64,000 bases of DNA, from assembly GCA_963700155.1 (NCBI GenBank), contig OY969472.1, positions 872,690 to 936,689 on the forward strand, in the 5' to 3' direction. The notes beneath the pieces were generated by a model, which was not told the origin of the DNA, ran no database searches, and saw only the letters and a program-made list of their open reading frames with translations. Of this stretch, positions 38,786-48,763 are shown in pieces (positions within the stretch are counted from its first letter, which is position 1; each line of letters opens with the position of its first letter). Source of the stretch: an uncultured bacterium. Lineage in GTDB: Bacteria > Patescibacteriota > Dojkabacteria > J137. The translations under genes were made by a program, and so were the position numbers.

Positions 38786-39319
38786 TTATTGTTCTTCTTG
38801 TAAAAAAGATCTTATCTTAGCTTCTGTATTATTCCTAACTAGATTCTCTATTTCTCTACCATAACTTCTTATTACTATCGCGGTGGATTCTTTTATCTTT
38901 GGCAGCGAATCTTTTAATAATTGAAAATAATTTGTACCTAAAGGTGTTAGTTGTATACCAAGTTCACTACCCTCTAATAAAGTTAAAGTGAATTCAATAT
39001 CGAGCATTAAGTTTACTAATTGATCTTGTAATTTTATTATTTCTTCAATATCCTTGATATTACTTGAGAATGGTATAGTTCCACCTTGTCGAATGAAGTT
39101 AATAACATTATATATACTCCATATTTTTCTTTTCAGAGTTTCATCAGTTAGACCATTCCATAATGTTAGTATTTGTATTTTACTCTCAGTCTCGAGGAAT
39201 CCATCAAAATTTATCTTGAAAATTTCTGGATCAATATTGAATAAAGAATCTTCGCCAAATTTGCCTAAAACATTTATTGTTTTATCATTAATATTCTCTT
39301 GTTTAGTAGGATCCGACAT
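38786..39319 (-). CDS. Hypothetical protein
   Basis: The ORF is 177 aa and lies downstream of the histidine kinase on the same strand. Confidence 0.3.
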   Translation of the reverse strand: MSDPTKQENINDKTINVLGKFGEDSLFNIDPEIFKINFDGFLETESKIQILTLWNGLTDETLKRKIWSIYNVINFIRQGGTIPFSSNIKDIEEIIKLQDQLVNLMLDIEFTLTLLEGSELGIQLTPLGTNYFQLLKDSLPKIKESTAIVIRSYGREIENLVRNNTEAKIRSFLQEEQ

Positions 39320-39356
39320 ATTTATTATTTCTTATAGCTATATAACTATATTATAC

Positions 39357-40526
39357 CTAAAACTCAACAATAAATTTAGTTCCTTTTCCAGCCTCGCTCT
39401 CAACACTAACCTTCCACCCATGTGCTTCGATAATTTCCTTAACAATAGCCAAACCTAATCCTAGTCCGCCAGTATTTCTATTTCGGGACTTCTCTACTCT
39501 GTAGAATCTTTCAAATAGATAAGGAAGATGTTTTTTATCAATTCCGGTACCATTATCTTCAAACATAAGATTATTATCATTTAATGAAATTTTGATCTCA
39601 CTTGCTTCTGCATATTTCAAAGTGTTCTCAATTAGATTAATAAAGACCCTTCTTAACAAATCTTTATCTCCTTTAATTTCAAAATTTTTATCAACATCAA
39701 TTACAACATTAATCTTTTCTTCTTCAAATCTTTCTTTATACTGATCAACAATTTCATTTATAAACTCAGATACATTAATTTCTTTTAAATTTAACTTATA
39801 ATTTTTATTCCTTATCCTAGAAAATTCTTGAAGTTTTTCAACAAGATCATCTAATCTATCTACTTGCTCCAAGAGTGAATCGACTCTTTTTTTATCCATT
39901 TTCAATACTCCATCTTTTACACCTTGAAGCTGACCAACCAAACTTGTTATCGGAGTTTTCAATTCATGCGAGGTATCAGAAATTAAATCTTTTCTAAGCA
40001 TTTCAACGCGATTTAACTCTTCTGTAAGTCTGTTAAATTCATCAATAACAGTATCAAGTTCATCTGTTCCTGACTTCTCTAATTTTAATTTATAATTATT
40101 GTCTCTAAGTTTTGTAAGACCATTTTTGAGATTTCTTAATGGTTTAGTAAATAATTGAGAAGTAAGGAAACCAATAATTAAAGAAGCAATTACTGCGAGT
40201 ATTCCAACTCTTAAAATTGAAGATTGGAATGTTTCAGCATACTGCTCTTCTAACGGTTTAAGTTTAATTGTTCCATCATCATTAAAAACAACAACACTCG
40301 GATCATCATTTCTTACAACAACAGGTGCTGTGAATGGAGATACTCTGATAGTTTGCACAACACTACTGAAAGTTTCTTTGCTTTCTTCTAGAAAAACATT
40401 ATTAAGAATAAAAAAAAGCGAAATACACAAAACAGAAACTATAACTGCTATTTGAACACTTATTTTACTGAAAAATTTTCTAATTCTTTTTATCAATGTT
40501 TTCACTGAATTTATATCCCTTTCCAA
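39357..40526 (-). CDS. Sensor histidine kinase
   Basis: It has an N-terminal TM region, a HAMP-like linker, the H-box 'SHELKTPITSL', the N box and the G2 box 'GGLGLGLAIVKEI'. Confidence 0.8.
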   Translation of the reverse strand: MERDINSVKTLIKRIRKFFSKISVQIAVIVSVLCISLFFILNNVFLEESKETFSSVVQTIRVSPFTAPVVVRNDDPSVVVFNDDGTIKLKPLEEQYAETFQSSILRVGILAVIASLIIGFLTSQLFTKPLRNLKNGLTKLRDNNYKLKLEKSGTDELDTVIDEFNRLTEELNRVEMLRKDLISDTSHELKTPITSLVGQLQGVKDGVLKMDKKRVDSLLEQVDRLDDLVEKLQEFSRIRNKNYKLNLKEINVSEFINEIVDQYKERFEEEKINVVIDVDKNFEIKGDKDLLRRVFINLIENTLKYAEASEIKISLNDNNLMFEDNGTGIDKKHLPYLFERFYRVEKSRNRNTGGLGLGLAIVKEIIEAHGWKVSVESEAGKGTKFIVEF

Positions 40527-41163
40527 TAACAGTTAAGATATAATGAGGATTTTTTGGCTCAGATTCAACAGCTTTTCTTAGTGCTTTAATATGAGCATCA
40601 ATTGTTCGATCTAAAATATCTCGAGCCAAAAAATCCTCATATGACTTATCCATTATTTCTTCTCTTGTAAATACTTTACCTGGTGCATTTGCAAGAGTGT
40701 AAAGTATATTAAATTGTGTTGTTGTTAACTCGATCTCTTTTTTCCCCTTTATTACTTTCATTTTATCGGGATCAATTTCGAGATCAGCAATCTTAATAGA
40801 TTTTGAAGCTATTCTTCTTAAAAGATTTTGTACTCTTGCGACCAAAATACTTGGTGAAAAAGGTTTTTTTATATAATCATCAGCTCCTATTTCAAGACCA
40901 ATAATTTCATCAATTTCTTCAACTCTTGCAGTCACCATTATTACAGGAATATTTGAGAATCGTCTTAGGCTTTTGCAAACAGTAATTCCATCTACTTTAG
41001 GCAAATTCAAGTCTAAAACAACAAGATCAAATTTCTCTGATCTTAAAAGCTCTAAAGCTTTTTCACCATCCTGAGCCTCGACTATTTCATAGTCTTCTCT
41101 TTGTAAATAGGCTTTTTCCACCTCTCGAATTGTATCTTCATCTTCAACTATTAGAATTTTCAT
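40480..41163 (-). CDS. OmpR-family response regulator
   Basis: The receiver 'MKILIVEDEDTIREV' has the phospho-Asp context 'DLVVLDLNLP', and there is a winged-helix C-terminal domain. It overlaps the kinase gene by 47 nt. Confidence 0.85.
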   Translation of the reverse strand: MKILIVEDEDTIREVEKAYLQREDYEIVEAQDGEKALELLRSEKFDLVVLDLNLPKVDGITVCKSLRRFSNIPVIMVTARVEEIDEIIGLEIGADDYIKKPFSPSILVARVQNLLRRIASKSIKIADLEIDPDKMKVIKGKKEIELTTTQFNILYTLANAPGKVFTREEIMDKSYEDFLARDILDRTIDAHIKALRKAVESEPKNPHYILTVIGKGYKFSENIDKKN

Positions 41164-41271
41164 AATTTAGATTATATAACTATTAATTCATTATGAATAC
41201 TAGCAATACAATATGAAGTTTTGATGAAATTTTGTTTTGGATATTTTTATAAAATTTAGTATTATTCCAAA

Positions 41272-41850
41272 ATGCAGACATCTACAACAGAAACTTTAAA
41301 TAATCAAAAAACACCTTATAGAAGGTTATTAGTAAAAGATGAAAGAATCGATAGGTTAAGAGAACTTGCAAAGTATAATCCAGATGCAATTGGATTGATG
41401 TGGTTTAAAGTATTATATTTTAAATTTACAAAAGCTACTGATCCTTATACAGCTGGGGAATCGGTAATAGCTTATATTAAAAAACATGTTCTTCACCTAC
41501 AAAATGTAGATGGAAATAATAAAATCAGATATTATCCAGATGGCAAACAAATATTAAGAAAAATGAGTGAGCAAAAACAACTGAATTTTTTAGATTTTGC
41601 TCACATGAAGATTTACGATGGTAAAGATCTATTTGAGTATGTGTTTGAAAATATAATTTCTGGACATGTAGATTATCTTATTTATGAAATGGTTTATGAT
41701 GTTTTAAAACTTCAATGCGAGACATGGGATAAGATATTGAATGATGATCCTACAGAGTTTTCATTTGGAAGATATGATATTCCAATTATGATTGAACAAG
41801 AGTATTTAAGGTATCGGGAAAATATAATTAATAGTATACAAGAAGGTTGA
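41272..41850 (+). CDS. Hypothetical protein
   Basis: The ORF is 192 aa and shows no recognisable motif. Confidence 0.3.
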   Translation: MQTSTTETLNNQKTPYRRLLVKDERIDRLRELAKYNPDAIGLMWFKVLYFKFTKATDPYTAGESVIAYIKKHVLHLQNVDGNNKIRYYPDGKQILRKMSEQKQLNFLDFAHMKIYDGKDLFEYVFENIISGHVDYLIYEMVYDVLKLQCETWDKILNDDPTEFSFGRYDIPIMIEQEYLRYRENIINSIQEG

Positions 41851-41851
41851 A

Positions 41852-43231
41852 TTATAAATTCTTTAAATATCTTGTTAGAATTTTATAAATTTCAAGATCA
41901 AATCTGAACTTTTCATTCTCTTTAAATAATTCATCATCTGTACTTGAATTTATTAAACACCATTTATTAAAAGTAAATGTTTCTTCTAATGATTCACTTT
42001 TTTCAGTAATTTGTTTTTCATTTTGGAACGGCCAGTTTTTGATCTTTATCTTATCTATAGATTCTTGAAGTATTCGATTGTATTCTTCTGGTGTAATTTT
42101 ACCGATACATGCTCCTTTGCAATATCCAAGTTGATAAAGAAAACATGCACCTTTCCCTTTTTCAAGTCCCATAAGCTTTGGACATAATCCTTTTTCTTTT
42201 ACTAAATCATTAAGTTTGTGCACTAAATCTATTTTGCTTCTAAAAATTCCAATAAGATTCTTAAAATTTTTATCAATATCAAAATCATAATCAGATTTGA
42301 TTTTTAAGTTTAAATATCCATTTTCATCTTCAAACTTTTCAAGTTTGATTAATTCTCTATTACGTCTAAGCATACGGTTATAGATCGGCTGGTATTTCTT
42401 GACAAGCAATGCTTCGCGGATTGAAGCACCTAAAATACCAGCCGTTTCAATAAACTCTATTCTTTTAAGTTGTTGATTAATATTAAAATCTTTAATTAAG
42501 GTCAGGTCTTGATAAAAATGCTCATAAATTCTTCTTCTTAAGTTTTTACTCATTCCAACATAAATCGGCAATTCCTCATCACCATAGAATAAATAAACGC
42601 CAGGGTTTTCAGGAATATCTTCCATTTTGATTTTTAAAAGTGCAGGAGGAATTGCCGAACTCTTCACAGCAGTATTGAACGTATTCAAAAATTTCTCTTC
42701 ACCATGATCCATCAAAGCTTTATAGAAAAAAACTCGAACAACGTCTGTATCAAAAGAAGCTCTATGTCTTCCTTCAATTCTTTCATCATCAGCAGTAAAG
42801 TTTATTCTCTGGATAATACTGTCAAGATTATGATGTTTGAATTTAGGATAAAGGATCCTTGAAAGCTTAACTGTACAGCAATAGTTCAAGTTTATTGTAA
42901 GACCGTATTTATCTAGTTGGTGTTTTAAAAATGAATAATCAAATCTTGCGTTATGTGCAACAATCATCTCTTCGTTAATAAAATCAAAAATATCCTCTGC
43001 TACATCTTCAAAAAGAGGCTCATTTTTTAACATTTCGTTATCAATACCTGTAAGCTTAGTAACAAAAGGGTCAACTTGAACTTGAGGATTTATTAATGTG
43101 TGGTATTCATCAATTACATCACCATTTTTGACTTTAGAAATGTAAATTTCAGTCATCATATCTTTATGGTAATTACTACCAGTAGTTTCAATATCAAGAA
43201 AGTTTAGATTAATATCTTTATAGTTAATCAT
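41852..43231 (-). CDS. DEDDh 3'-5' exonuclease (DnaQ-like) fused to a GIY-YIG nuclease domain (Cho/UvrC-like)
   Basis: Exo I 'FLDIETTGS' and Exo III 'HNARFDYSFL' are followed by the GIY-YIG motif 'GVYLFYGDEELPIYVGMSKNLRRRIYEHF'. Confidence 0.65.
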   Translation of the reverse strand: MINYKDINLNFLDIETTGSNYHKDMMTEIYISKVKNGDVIDEYHTLINPQVQVDPFVTKLTGIDNEMLKNEPLFEDVAEDIFDFINEEMIVAHNARFDYSFLKHQLDKYGLTINLNYCCTVKLSRILYPKFKHHNLDSIIQRINFTADDERIEGRHRASFDTDVVRVFFYKALMDHGEEKFLNTFNTAVKSSAIPPALLKIKMEDIPENPGVYLFYGDEELPIYVGMSKNLRRRIYEHFYQDLTLIKDFNINQQLKRIEFIETAGILGASIREALLVKKYQPIYNRMLRRNRELIKLEKFEDENGYLNLKIKSDYDFDIDKNFKNLIGIFRSKIDLVHKLNDLVKEKGLCPKLMGLEKGKGACFLYQLGYCKGACIGKITPEEYNRILQESIDKIKIKNWPFQNEKQITEKSESLEETFTFNKWCLINSSTDDELFKENEKFRFDLEIYKILTRYLKNL

Positions 43232-43266
43232 AGAGATATATTATACTGCAGGTATACCTTAGGATT

Positions 43267-43680
43267 TTAATTCTGTAAGATTCCCAAATAAATTTTATTA
43301 ACCATCAAAAAGATTATTATTCTTATCTGAGGAGAAAAATCTATCTCACTAGAACATTCGCATATAAAGTCTAAATAAATTTCAGTAATTTTATAAAGGA
43401 AGCTTAGATCTGAGGGATATTTATTTCCGAGAGGTGTATTTATGAATTTTTTTATGTATTGTGCATCTGGAGTTTCTAAACTAAATAAATTATGCGTTAA
43501 ATGTACTATTCTGTTGGCAATGTTGATCAAATGATCATAAAGATCTGGGAAGTTTTTGTAAAAATATTTAATCTGATCTTCAGCAAGTGCTTTACAAAAA
43601 TTTTGAGACAAATTTAGGCTTGTTATTTTATAAGAGAAGTCTCCAAGATCGCTTATAACAATATCATCTGAGTCTTTCAT
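43267..43680 (-). CDS. Hypothetical protein
   Basis: The ORF is 137 aa. Confidence 0.3.
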   Translation of the reverse strand: MKDSDDIVISDLGDFSYKITSLNLSQNFCKALAEDQIKYFYKNFPDLYDHLINIANRIVHLTHNLFSLETPDAQYIKKFINTPLGNKYPSDLSFLYKITEIYLDFICECSSEIDFSPQIRIIIFLMVNKIYLGILQN

Positions 43681-43717
43681 GACTCAGATTTTACTAAATT
43701 TTTTGCTATATTCAAAG

Positions 43718-43960
43718 TTAATAGCTTACAGGATAACTCATTAACATACTGTTATCACTGTTGGTTGAATTATTGTTCCAGAAACTAACATGCTGTCCAG
43801 ATAAAGCTGCTGAAGCCATTGAAAAGTAAACAATAATTATTGCAAGAAGAGTTACATAAAGAACTCCAACAACGATAAGGATTCGTAAGACCTTATCCTT
43901 TTTAGATGTTGTTGATTTATTTTCTTCCATAACAGGCATAGCTTGAGGTTGTTGCTCCAT
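43718..43960 (-). CDS. Small membrane protein
   Basis: The ORF is 80 aa with a single TM helix, 'ILIVVGVLYVTLLAIIIVYF'. Confidence 0.3.
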   Translation of the reverse strand: MEQQPQAMPVMEENKSTTSKKDKVLRILIVVGVLYVTLLAIIIVYFSMASAALSGQHVSFWNNNSTNSDNSMLMSYPVSY

Positions 43961-44042
43961 ATTAAATTGGTAAAAATTACATACCTAACATTATTGCAAA
44001 TTTTGAAGCAGATGAAAATAAATAGTAATTATTGACCTAGTC

Positions 44043-45698
44043 TTAGATAATATAAGCTTTACTTATATATTGTTTCAACATCCTGTCGGTGTTAAAGTAA
44101 CTTCCATTTTGATTTATGCATCCCAGAATTATTTTAGCCCACTCATTTTTGTTCATATACGTTGGTAAGATAACGTTTTCTAATTTATCATATAGATCTT
44201 TGAGTTCCTGATCTTCAGGATCTGGGGATGGGGAATCGGTACCGATTCCCCATCCAGTAACTCCTTCTTTAAGACCTTCAACCCACCATCCATCTATAGT
44301 TGAAAAACTTGGAATACCATTTAATGCAGCTTTCATTCCACTAGTTCCACACGCCTCTCTAGGTTTTATTGGATTATTTAGCCATAAATCACTTCCTACA
44401 ACAAGATATTTTGAAATTTTCATACCATAATTTTCAAGGAAAACAATATTCAATTGTCCTAAATCTGTTTTAGAGAGTTTGAAAATATCTGCAATTTTAG
44501 CTTCTGATGGTTCAGAATCAAAATATGCTTTACCCGAAAGAATAATTTGCAGACCTCCGAATTTTTCAGCGATTTTTTTTAACCTTTCTACATCAGTAAA
44601 GATAAAACTTGATCTTTTATATGGATCTACTCTACGTCCAAATCCTATTGTAAAAATATCTTTACTTAAGGCTATCCCATATCTGTCTTTAATATATTTA
44701 GTTAAGATCATTTTATTCCTGGCAGACATTTCTAGAGCTTCTTGAGCGGAGACGTCTAAGTTTTTTAATTTCTCAGGATCATTTCGCCAGTCAGGAATTT
44801 TTTCATCTAATAATGCTCTGGTTCCGTCTCCGCTCCAATATCCAGCATGAATTCCATTAGTAATATAATCGATTTTAAATTCAGGAAACATTTTCGAAGT
44901 CACTTCTTGATGTCTTTTAGACACAGCATTTGAATATTTTGCATATTTAAAACAGAATTTTGTCATATGAATAACCCCAGCTTCTGAATTTTGCATTAAG
45001 AAATCGATTTCTCCATCATTGAAATAATTTGATAATTCTGAAATGTCATATTTTCTATGTCCATGTTCCTCAGGAGTATGAGTGGTAAAAACTACTCGTT
45101 TCTTTACTTCATCCTCACTTCCAAGTAATTCTTTTAATGCAAGTATGCTAAAAGCAGCGTGGGATTCATTCAAATGATAATTGTCCAATATGTCATGCCC
45201 CATTTCTTTCAAAGCTAAAACTCCTCCAATTCCCAGAACTATTTCTTGTTTTAATCTTGTTGAATTTACTGGAGTGTAAAGGTTGTAACTTATATATTGA
45301 TTTTCTAAAGTATTTTTTTCAAAATCTGTGTTAAGGAAATATAAAGGAATTTTATTACCATTTAGTCCTTCTACTTCATATTTCCAGATTTCAACAAAAA
45401 TACTTTCATTTTTAAGTTTAATTTCAAAGACTTTTTCTGTATTAGTTAGATATTTTGTATGATCCCAAACATCAGGTTCTTCGAGTTGAACGCCTCTATC
45501 ATTAATAACCTGTCTGAAATATCCTTTTTTGTAAAGTAATGTAACACCAACAAAATTTAGTCCCATATCAGCAGCAGTTTTGATTGTATCTCCAGCTAGA
45601 ATCCCTAAACCTCCAGCATAACTTTTAATTTCAGAACGGAGTCCAAATTCCATTGAGAAGTATGCTACTGATCCTGGGTTAGGTTTCGAATCTGCCAT
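44043..45698 (-). CDS. glgP: Alpha-glucan (glycogen/maltodextrin) phosphorylase, short GT35 type
   Basis: The N-terminal 'VAYFSMEFGL...GGLGILAGD' and the PLP-Lys region 'TSGMKAALNG' are typical of the short archaeal/bacterial alpha-glucan phosphorylase family. Confidence 0.75.
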   Translation of the reverse strand: MADSKPNPGSVAYFSMEFGLRSEIKSYAGGLGILAGDTIKTAADMGLNFVGVTLLYKKGYFRQVINDRGVQLEEPDVWDHTKYLTNTEKVFEIKLKNESIFVEIWKYEVEGLNGNKIPLYFLNTDFEKNTLENQYISYNLYTPVNSTRLKQEIVLGIGGVLALKEMGHDILDNYHLNESHAAFSILALKELLGSEDEVKKRVVFTTHTPEEHGHRKYDISELSNYFNDGEIDFLMQNSEAGVIHMTKFCFKYAKYSNAVSKRHQEVTSKMFPEFKIDYITNGIHAGYWSGDGTRALLDEKIPDWRNDPEKLKNLDVSAQEALEMSARNKMILTKYIKDRYGIALSKDIFTIGFGRRVDPYKRSSFIFTDVERLKKIAEKFGGLQIILSGKAYFDSEPSEAKIADIFKLSKTDLGQLNIVFLENYGMKISKYLVVGSDLWLNNPIKPREACGTSGMKAALNGIPSFSTIDGWWVEGLKEGVTGWGIGTDSPSPDPEDQELKDLYDKLENVILPTYMNKNEWAKIILGCINQNGSYFNTDRMLKQYISKAYII

Positions 45699-45757
45699 AA
45701 AATTTGAAGTGTATATTTATTGATTAAATCTTAAATGCAGAGCATTCTTATGTCAAA

Positions 45758-46183
45758 TTATTCAACAATTACAGATCCAGTCATGAAAGTATGAATATTG
45801 CAATGATAAGAATAGTTACCAGTACTATTAAAAGTAAAACTAAAGGTCTTTCCTGGTGAAATATTACCAGAGTCAAATAAACCATCATCAGAAGTTACTG
45901 TATGAGTAATTGCATCATTATTAGTCCAAGTTACCGTCATCCCTTTTTTTATTCTAATTGTATGTTGTGTAAATGCGAAATTAGATATTTGTACACTTCC
46001 TGAAGTTTCTCCGGTTTGATCTACTATTGCATTTATATTTGAACTAGATTCTTCAGGCATACTCATAGCTTCTTCATTAGTATCTGGGGATGTATTATTA
46101 TTGTTTAGAATTACTGCAACTCCGATTATTATTATGACAACAATTATAACTAAACCAAATAGAATTATAGTTTTATTCTTCAT
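45758..46183 (-). CDS. Membrane-anchored cupredoxin (amicyanin/plastocyanin-like blue copper protein)
   Basis: An N-terminal TM helix is followed by a type-1 Cu ligand set: the upstream His in '[10 protein letters not shown]' and '[11 protein letters not shown]' (Cys-x2-His-x2-Met). Confidence 0.55.
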   Translation of the reverse strand: MKNKTIILFGLVIIVVIIIIGVAVILNNNNTSPDTNEEAMSMPEESSSNINAIVDQTGETSGSVQISNFAFTQHTIRIKKGMTVTWTNNDAITHTVTSDDGLFDSGNISPGKTFSFTFNSTGNYSYHCNIHTFMTGSVIVE

Positions 46184-46246
46184 AATGTCTTTTAAAAAAT
46201 ATTATTTATATAGTATAAATTATTTCCTGTGAATTCCAGATGAATT

Positions 46247-46573
46247 CTACTTTATAAATCTTTTTAAGCCAAAGCCAATTAGTCCTAATATAGATCCACA
46301 GAATGATCCAAATAACCCAAGAAGAATAAAAAACGGAAGTGCGCTAACTAAATTGTCTCCTTCGTATCCAGCAACCATAAAAATAAAACTAAGAAAGAAA
46401 CCATAAATAATTCCATTAATAACAGAAGTTTTTCTTTTATCTGTCCAATATCCAATGAACAAACCAATAATAGCCCAAACTACTAAACTCAATGCTGATC
46501 CTACAAATAAATATCTTGAACCTAATATTCCTAAAATCGTTCCTAATAAGACAGAAATTAATATTTTTGACAT
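46247..46573 (-). CDS. Small polytopic membrane protein
   Basis: The ORF is 108 aa with three hydrophobic helices. Confidence 0.3.
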   Translation of the reverse strand: MSKILISVLLGTILGILGSRYLFVGSALSLVVWAIIGLFIGYWTDKRKTSVINGIIYGFFLSFIFMVAGYEGDNLVSALPFFILLGLFGSFCGSILGLIGFGLKRFIK

Positions 46574-46714
46574 AAATTTATTCTATCACAGCAAGAATCT
46601 ATATTAAAAATATATCTTAATTCAAAATTATTGTATGAGTTTAGGAAACTACTATACTCTAGTAAATATAGCTTCTTTAAGTTAAAATTTAAGGTTATTA
46701 GCTTGACATCAATT

Positions 46715-47680
46715 ATGATGAACAAAAAACTTGGATCCTTTCTATCATTTTTGACTACAAAGAAGTTTATTATCCCTGCTGCTTTATTAATTGCGGTTGC
46801 TTCAGTTGGTGGAATTGTTATGCATTTTACACTTGCGGTTAATACAAATGTTAAAGGTATTAATACTTTTAATATCCCTGCTGAAATGAATATAGATGTA
46901 GCATTAATAAATTGTGAGTACAACTCAGCTTCATTAGATGTGAAAATTTCAAAACCTAAAGATGGGGCTGAATTTTTTACTAACGACAAGATAGAATTTA
47001 GTTCAGCATATACTTATAAATGTGATGATACTCCAAAATTTGCTTATTCCTGGAACTTAGATAATTCTTCAAAACCTTTTTCGCAAAATAAAAATTCAGC
47101 CACGCTTAAGAATCTAACTGCAGGTGATCATACTGTAAAATATATGGTAAGTGACGATAAGATTAAGATCTCTAAAACTATTAAATTTAAAGTCAAAAAT
47201 TTGAATACGGTCCAATGTTATCAAACATGTGATAGTCACAATATTTGTGCTAATAGACTAACATGTAGTAATAGTAAATGTGTATTAGAAAGTAATCCAA
47301 GTTCAAAAGAATGTAAACCAAATCAAGCACCGGATTGGGTAAGTATTAGTACTCCTGTCAATGGGAATACTTATGAAACTGCTTGTGACTATCAATATTC
47401 TAATTATCCTTGTGTAAGTTTTGTAGGAAATGCAAAAGATCCCGAAGATGGTAATTTAAGTGGAAATTCACTTAAATGGTATTATCAATTTTATGACTGT
47501 AATAGCAATAATACTGTTTATGGATCAAGCGTATACTTTGGGTCAGGGAATAATCCTGCATTATTTTTAGGATTAACCTATTGTGGAAAATATAAGATAA
47601 TTCTCAAAGCTACGGACAGTCAAGGTCTTGAAAAGACTACTGAAGTAGAAGTTACTCTTTATAATTCTCGTAGAGGTTAA
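46715..47680 (+). CDS. Secreted/membrane-anchored protein with PKD/Ig-like domains and a Cys-rich linker
   Basis: The start was placed at the internal 'MMNKKLGSFLSF...' ahead of a TM/signal helix. The rest contains two beta-sandwich-like segments and 'CYQTCDSHNICANRLTCSNSKCVLES'. The overlapping minus-strand ORF 46558..46989 was rejected. Confidence 0.4.
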   Translation: MMNKKLGSFLSFLTTKKFIIPAALLIAVASVGGIVMHFTLAVNTNVKGINTFNIPAEMNIDVALINCEYNSASLDVKISKPKDGAEFFTNDKIEFSSAYTYKCDDTPKFAYSWNLDNSSKPFSQNKNSATLKNLTAGDHTVKYMVSDDKIKISKTIKFKVKNLNTVQCYQTCDSHNICANRLTCSNSKCVLESNPSSKECKPNQAPDWVSISTPVNGNTYETACDYQYSNYPCVSFVGNAKDPEDGNLSGNSLKWYYQFYDCNSNNTVYGSSVYFGSGNNPALFLGLTYCGKYKIILKATDSQGLEKTTEVEVTLYNSRRG

Positions 47681-47703
47681 TTTATTTTTTAAAAATTTAA
47701 ATT

Positions 47704-48753
47704 ATGAAAGTATTAGTTTTGATCGTTTTATTAGCTGTTGTTTTGATTGCAGGATATTTATTTATCTCAAAAAACAATCCGGCTTTATTATCAGGTCTTG
47801 GTGTGAATTCAGGGGCAAATATAACGTTAGTTAAAGAATCAGGAGGTATTTCGTATAAAGCTACAGAAAGTGATCAATATACACAACTTACTGATGATCA
47901 AGTCACTATTAAAAACGGAAGTTTCATCAAAACCGATGCAGATAGTTATGCAAGGGTATTTCTTCCAGATAATTCATTAGTTTCAATTGATGAAAGTACA
48001 GAAATCCAAATAAATTATCAGGATAATAATACAGACATTCAACAATTGATTGGAAAAACTTGGAATAGAGTTCAAACTCTTAGCAATGGTGGTGAATACA
48101 AAGTTGAAACACCAAATACTGTCGCTGCAGTAAGGGGAACTATTTTTGGGGTAGGAGTAGATGACGATAATCATTCTAGAGTTTTTTCAATTGAACATAC
48201 AGTTAGTGTTGGTAAACATAACAAAGGAGATAATACTGTAACAGGTTCTCAAGATGTCTCAGACGGTCAGATTGCTAATGTTAATAATGATTCTGGTCAA
48301 TTAGATATTAAACTAGGGGCAACTCCTGATAGTATTACTAACACATTCTGGTATAAAAGAAATCAAGTAGTAGATGAAGAATGGTTGAAAATTAAAGATA
48401 TGAAAGGAGTAAATCTTGTAGATTTATTGAACGAAAACCTTATGAAACGAAGTGATTACAATGATTTGAGATTAGGTCTTCCTGCTGTTCAAACAGATCC
48501 GACAAAAATTCAAGATCAATTGGCCAATGCATATAAGTTTACAACTATTACGCAAAGTACATGTTCTGAAGCTACACCTGCATCGTTACAAGTAGCTATT
48601 GATGAAGTTCAAAGATATAGAACTTATGTTGCTAATGCTGATGCAATAATTAATCTTCTAACTGAGCTTAAGAAAGATTGTGCAGATGGAAAACTTGATG
48701 CATCTGAAATTCAGGTTTTACAAGGATTAGTCAATCAAGCTAACGGTCAGTAA
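47704..48753 (+). CDS. FecR-domain protein (membrane-anchored)
   Basis: An N-terminal TM helix is present. The motif 'VAAVRGTIFGVGVDD' is characteristic of the FecR/PF04773 beta-sandwich. Confidence 0.5.
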   Translation: MKVLVLIVLLAVVLIAGYLFISKNNPALLSGLGVNSGANITLVKESGGISYKATESDQYTQLTDDQVTIKNGSFIKTDADSYARVFLPDNSLVSIDESTEIQINYQDNNTDIQQLIGKTWNRVQTLSNGGEYKVETPNTVAAVRGTIFGVGVDDDNHSRVFSIEHTVSVGKHNKGDNTVTGSQDVSDGQIANVNNDSGQLDIKLGATPDSITNTFWYKRNQVVDEEWLKIKDMKGVNLVDLLNENLMKRSDYNDLRLGLPAVQTDPTKIQDQLANAYKFTTITQSTCSEATPASLQVAIDEVQRYRTYVANADAIINLLTELKKDCADGKLDASEIQVLQGLVNQANGQ

Positions 48754-48763
48754 AATAAAAACC

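Noticed and set aside
43730-43760. The inverted repeat GGATAAC...GTTATCC inside the 80-aa membrane-protein gene
   Set aside because: It is short (6-7 bp arms), lies within coding sequence and has no flanking context suggesting an operator or mobile-element end.
46558-46989. A 143-aa minus-strand ORF overlapping the start of the PKD-domain gene
   Set aside because: Its translation looks like an antisense artefact. The plus-strand frame has a signal/TM helix and domain-like composition. The plus gene's start was moved to 46715.
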